From assembly GCF_011386835.1 (NCBI RefSeq), contig NC_088797.1, positions 70,866,001 to 70,930,000 on the forward strand: a DNA stretch of 64,000 nucleotides. Reading direction: 5' to 3'. This stretch comes from Chrysemys picta bellii (lineage: Eukaryota). Each line of letters starts with the position of its first letter. Position 1 is the first letter of the stretch. The translations under genes were made by a program, and so were the position numbers. This document shows, piece by piece, positions 63,300 through 64,000 of the stretch. The notes under the pieces are model-generated. The model was not told the DNA's origin. It saw nothing but the letters and a program-made list of their open reading frames with translations, and ran no database searches.

Positions 63300-64000
63300 T
63301 GTCATAACTATAAAGGGAAGGGTAACAGCCCTCCTGTGTACAATACTATAAAATCCCTCCTGGCCAGAGACTCCAAAATCCTTTTACCTGTAAAGGGTTA
63401 AGAAGCTCAGGTAACCTGGCTGACATCTGACCCAAAGGACCAATAAGGGGACAAGATACTTTCAAATCTTGGTGGGGGGAAGGCTTTTGGTTGTGCTCTT
63501 TGTTTTGGTGGTTGTTTGCTCTTGGGACCAAGAGGGACCAGACATCAATCCAGGCTCTCCAAATCTTTCTGAAAAAGTCTCTCATATTTCAAACTTGTAA
63601 GTAAACAGCCAGGCAAGGCGTGTTAGTTTTATCTTTATTTTCTCAACTTGTAAATGTACCTTTTTGCTAGAGTGTTTATCTCTGTTTGCTGTAACTTTGA
63701 ACCTAAGGCTAGAGGGGGGTCCTCTGGGCTCTTTAAGTTTGATTACCCTGTAAAGTTATTTTCCATCCTGATTTTACAGAGATGATTTTCACCTTTTTCT
63801 TTAATTAAAAGCTTTCTTTTTAAGATTGATTTTCCTTGTTTTAAATCCAAGGGGTTTGGATCTTGATCCACCAGGAGTTGGTGGGAGAAAGGAGGGGGAT
63901 GGTTAATTTCTTCTTGTTTTAAGATCCAAGGGGTTTGGATCTGTATTCACCAGGGAATTGGTGAAGAGTCTCTCAAGGCTACCCAGGGAAGGGAATTAGC
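63300..64000. mobile_element. LTR-like sequence running off the window end
   Basis: Abrupt TG start (tgtcataactataaaggg), TATAAAA near 63347, and a ~78-nt internal tandem duplication (cttgttttaa-atccaaggggtttggatct) at 63835 and 63913. No internal gag/pol is visible in the window. Confidence 0.55.

Overview
Vertebrate genomic DNA, very probably turtle: it carries a tRNA-derived SINE with a CR1-shared tail, CR1 LINEs, Penelope-like palindromic remnants and TWA-target Harbinger-type MITEs. The window holds the complete coding region of RASGEF1A on the minus strand. I mapped 12 coding exons between 36772 and 5039, all with GT-AG introns and consistent phases, giving 1428 nt (475 aa plus stop, MPQTPIFSS...KTLRTTLLNRA*). 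The probable 3' UTR runs to a poly(A) site near 2860. About 27 kb of upstream intron follows, with no CpG-island promoter, so the main first exon probably lies beyond 64000. The other computed ORFs are dead retroelement fragments or chance ORFs. I see no new protein-coding system. The best leads are: (1) a candidate upstream in-frame exon adding a GAP43-like MYCC plus basic N-terminus; (2) two concentric inverted-repeat pairs in one intron, the inner pair a local inverted duplication; (3) MITE subfamilies whose internal hairpins show compensatory changes; (4) a Penelope-like insertion with a 17-bp target duplication and a near-intact minimal hammerhead ribozyme; (5) a cluster of LF-SINE-like fragments in the upstream intron. 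Repeat family names come from recalled consensus features, not database searches.
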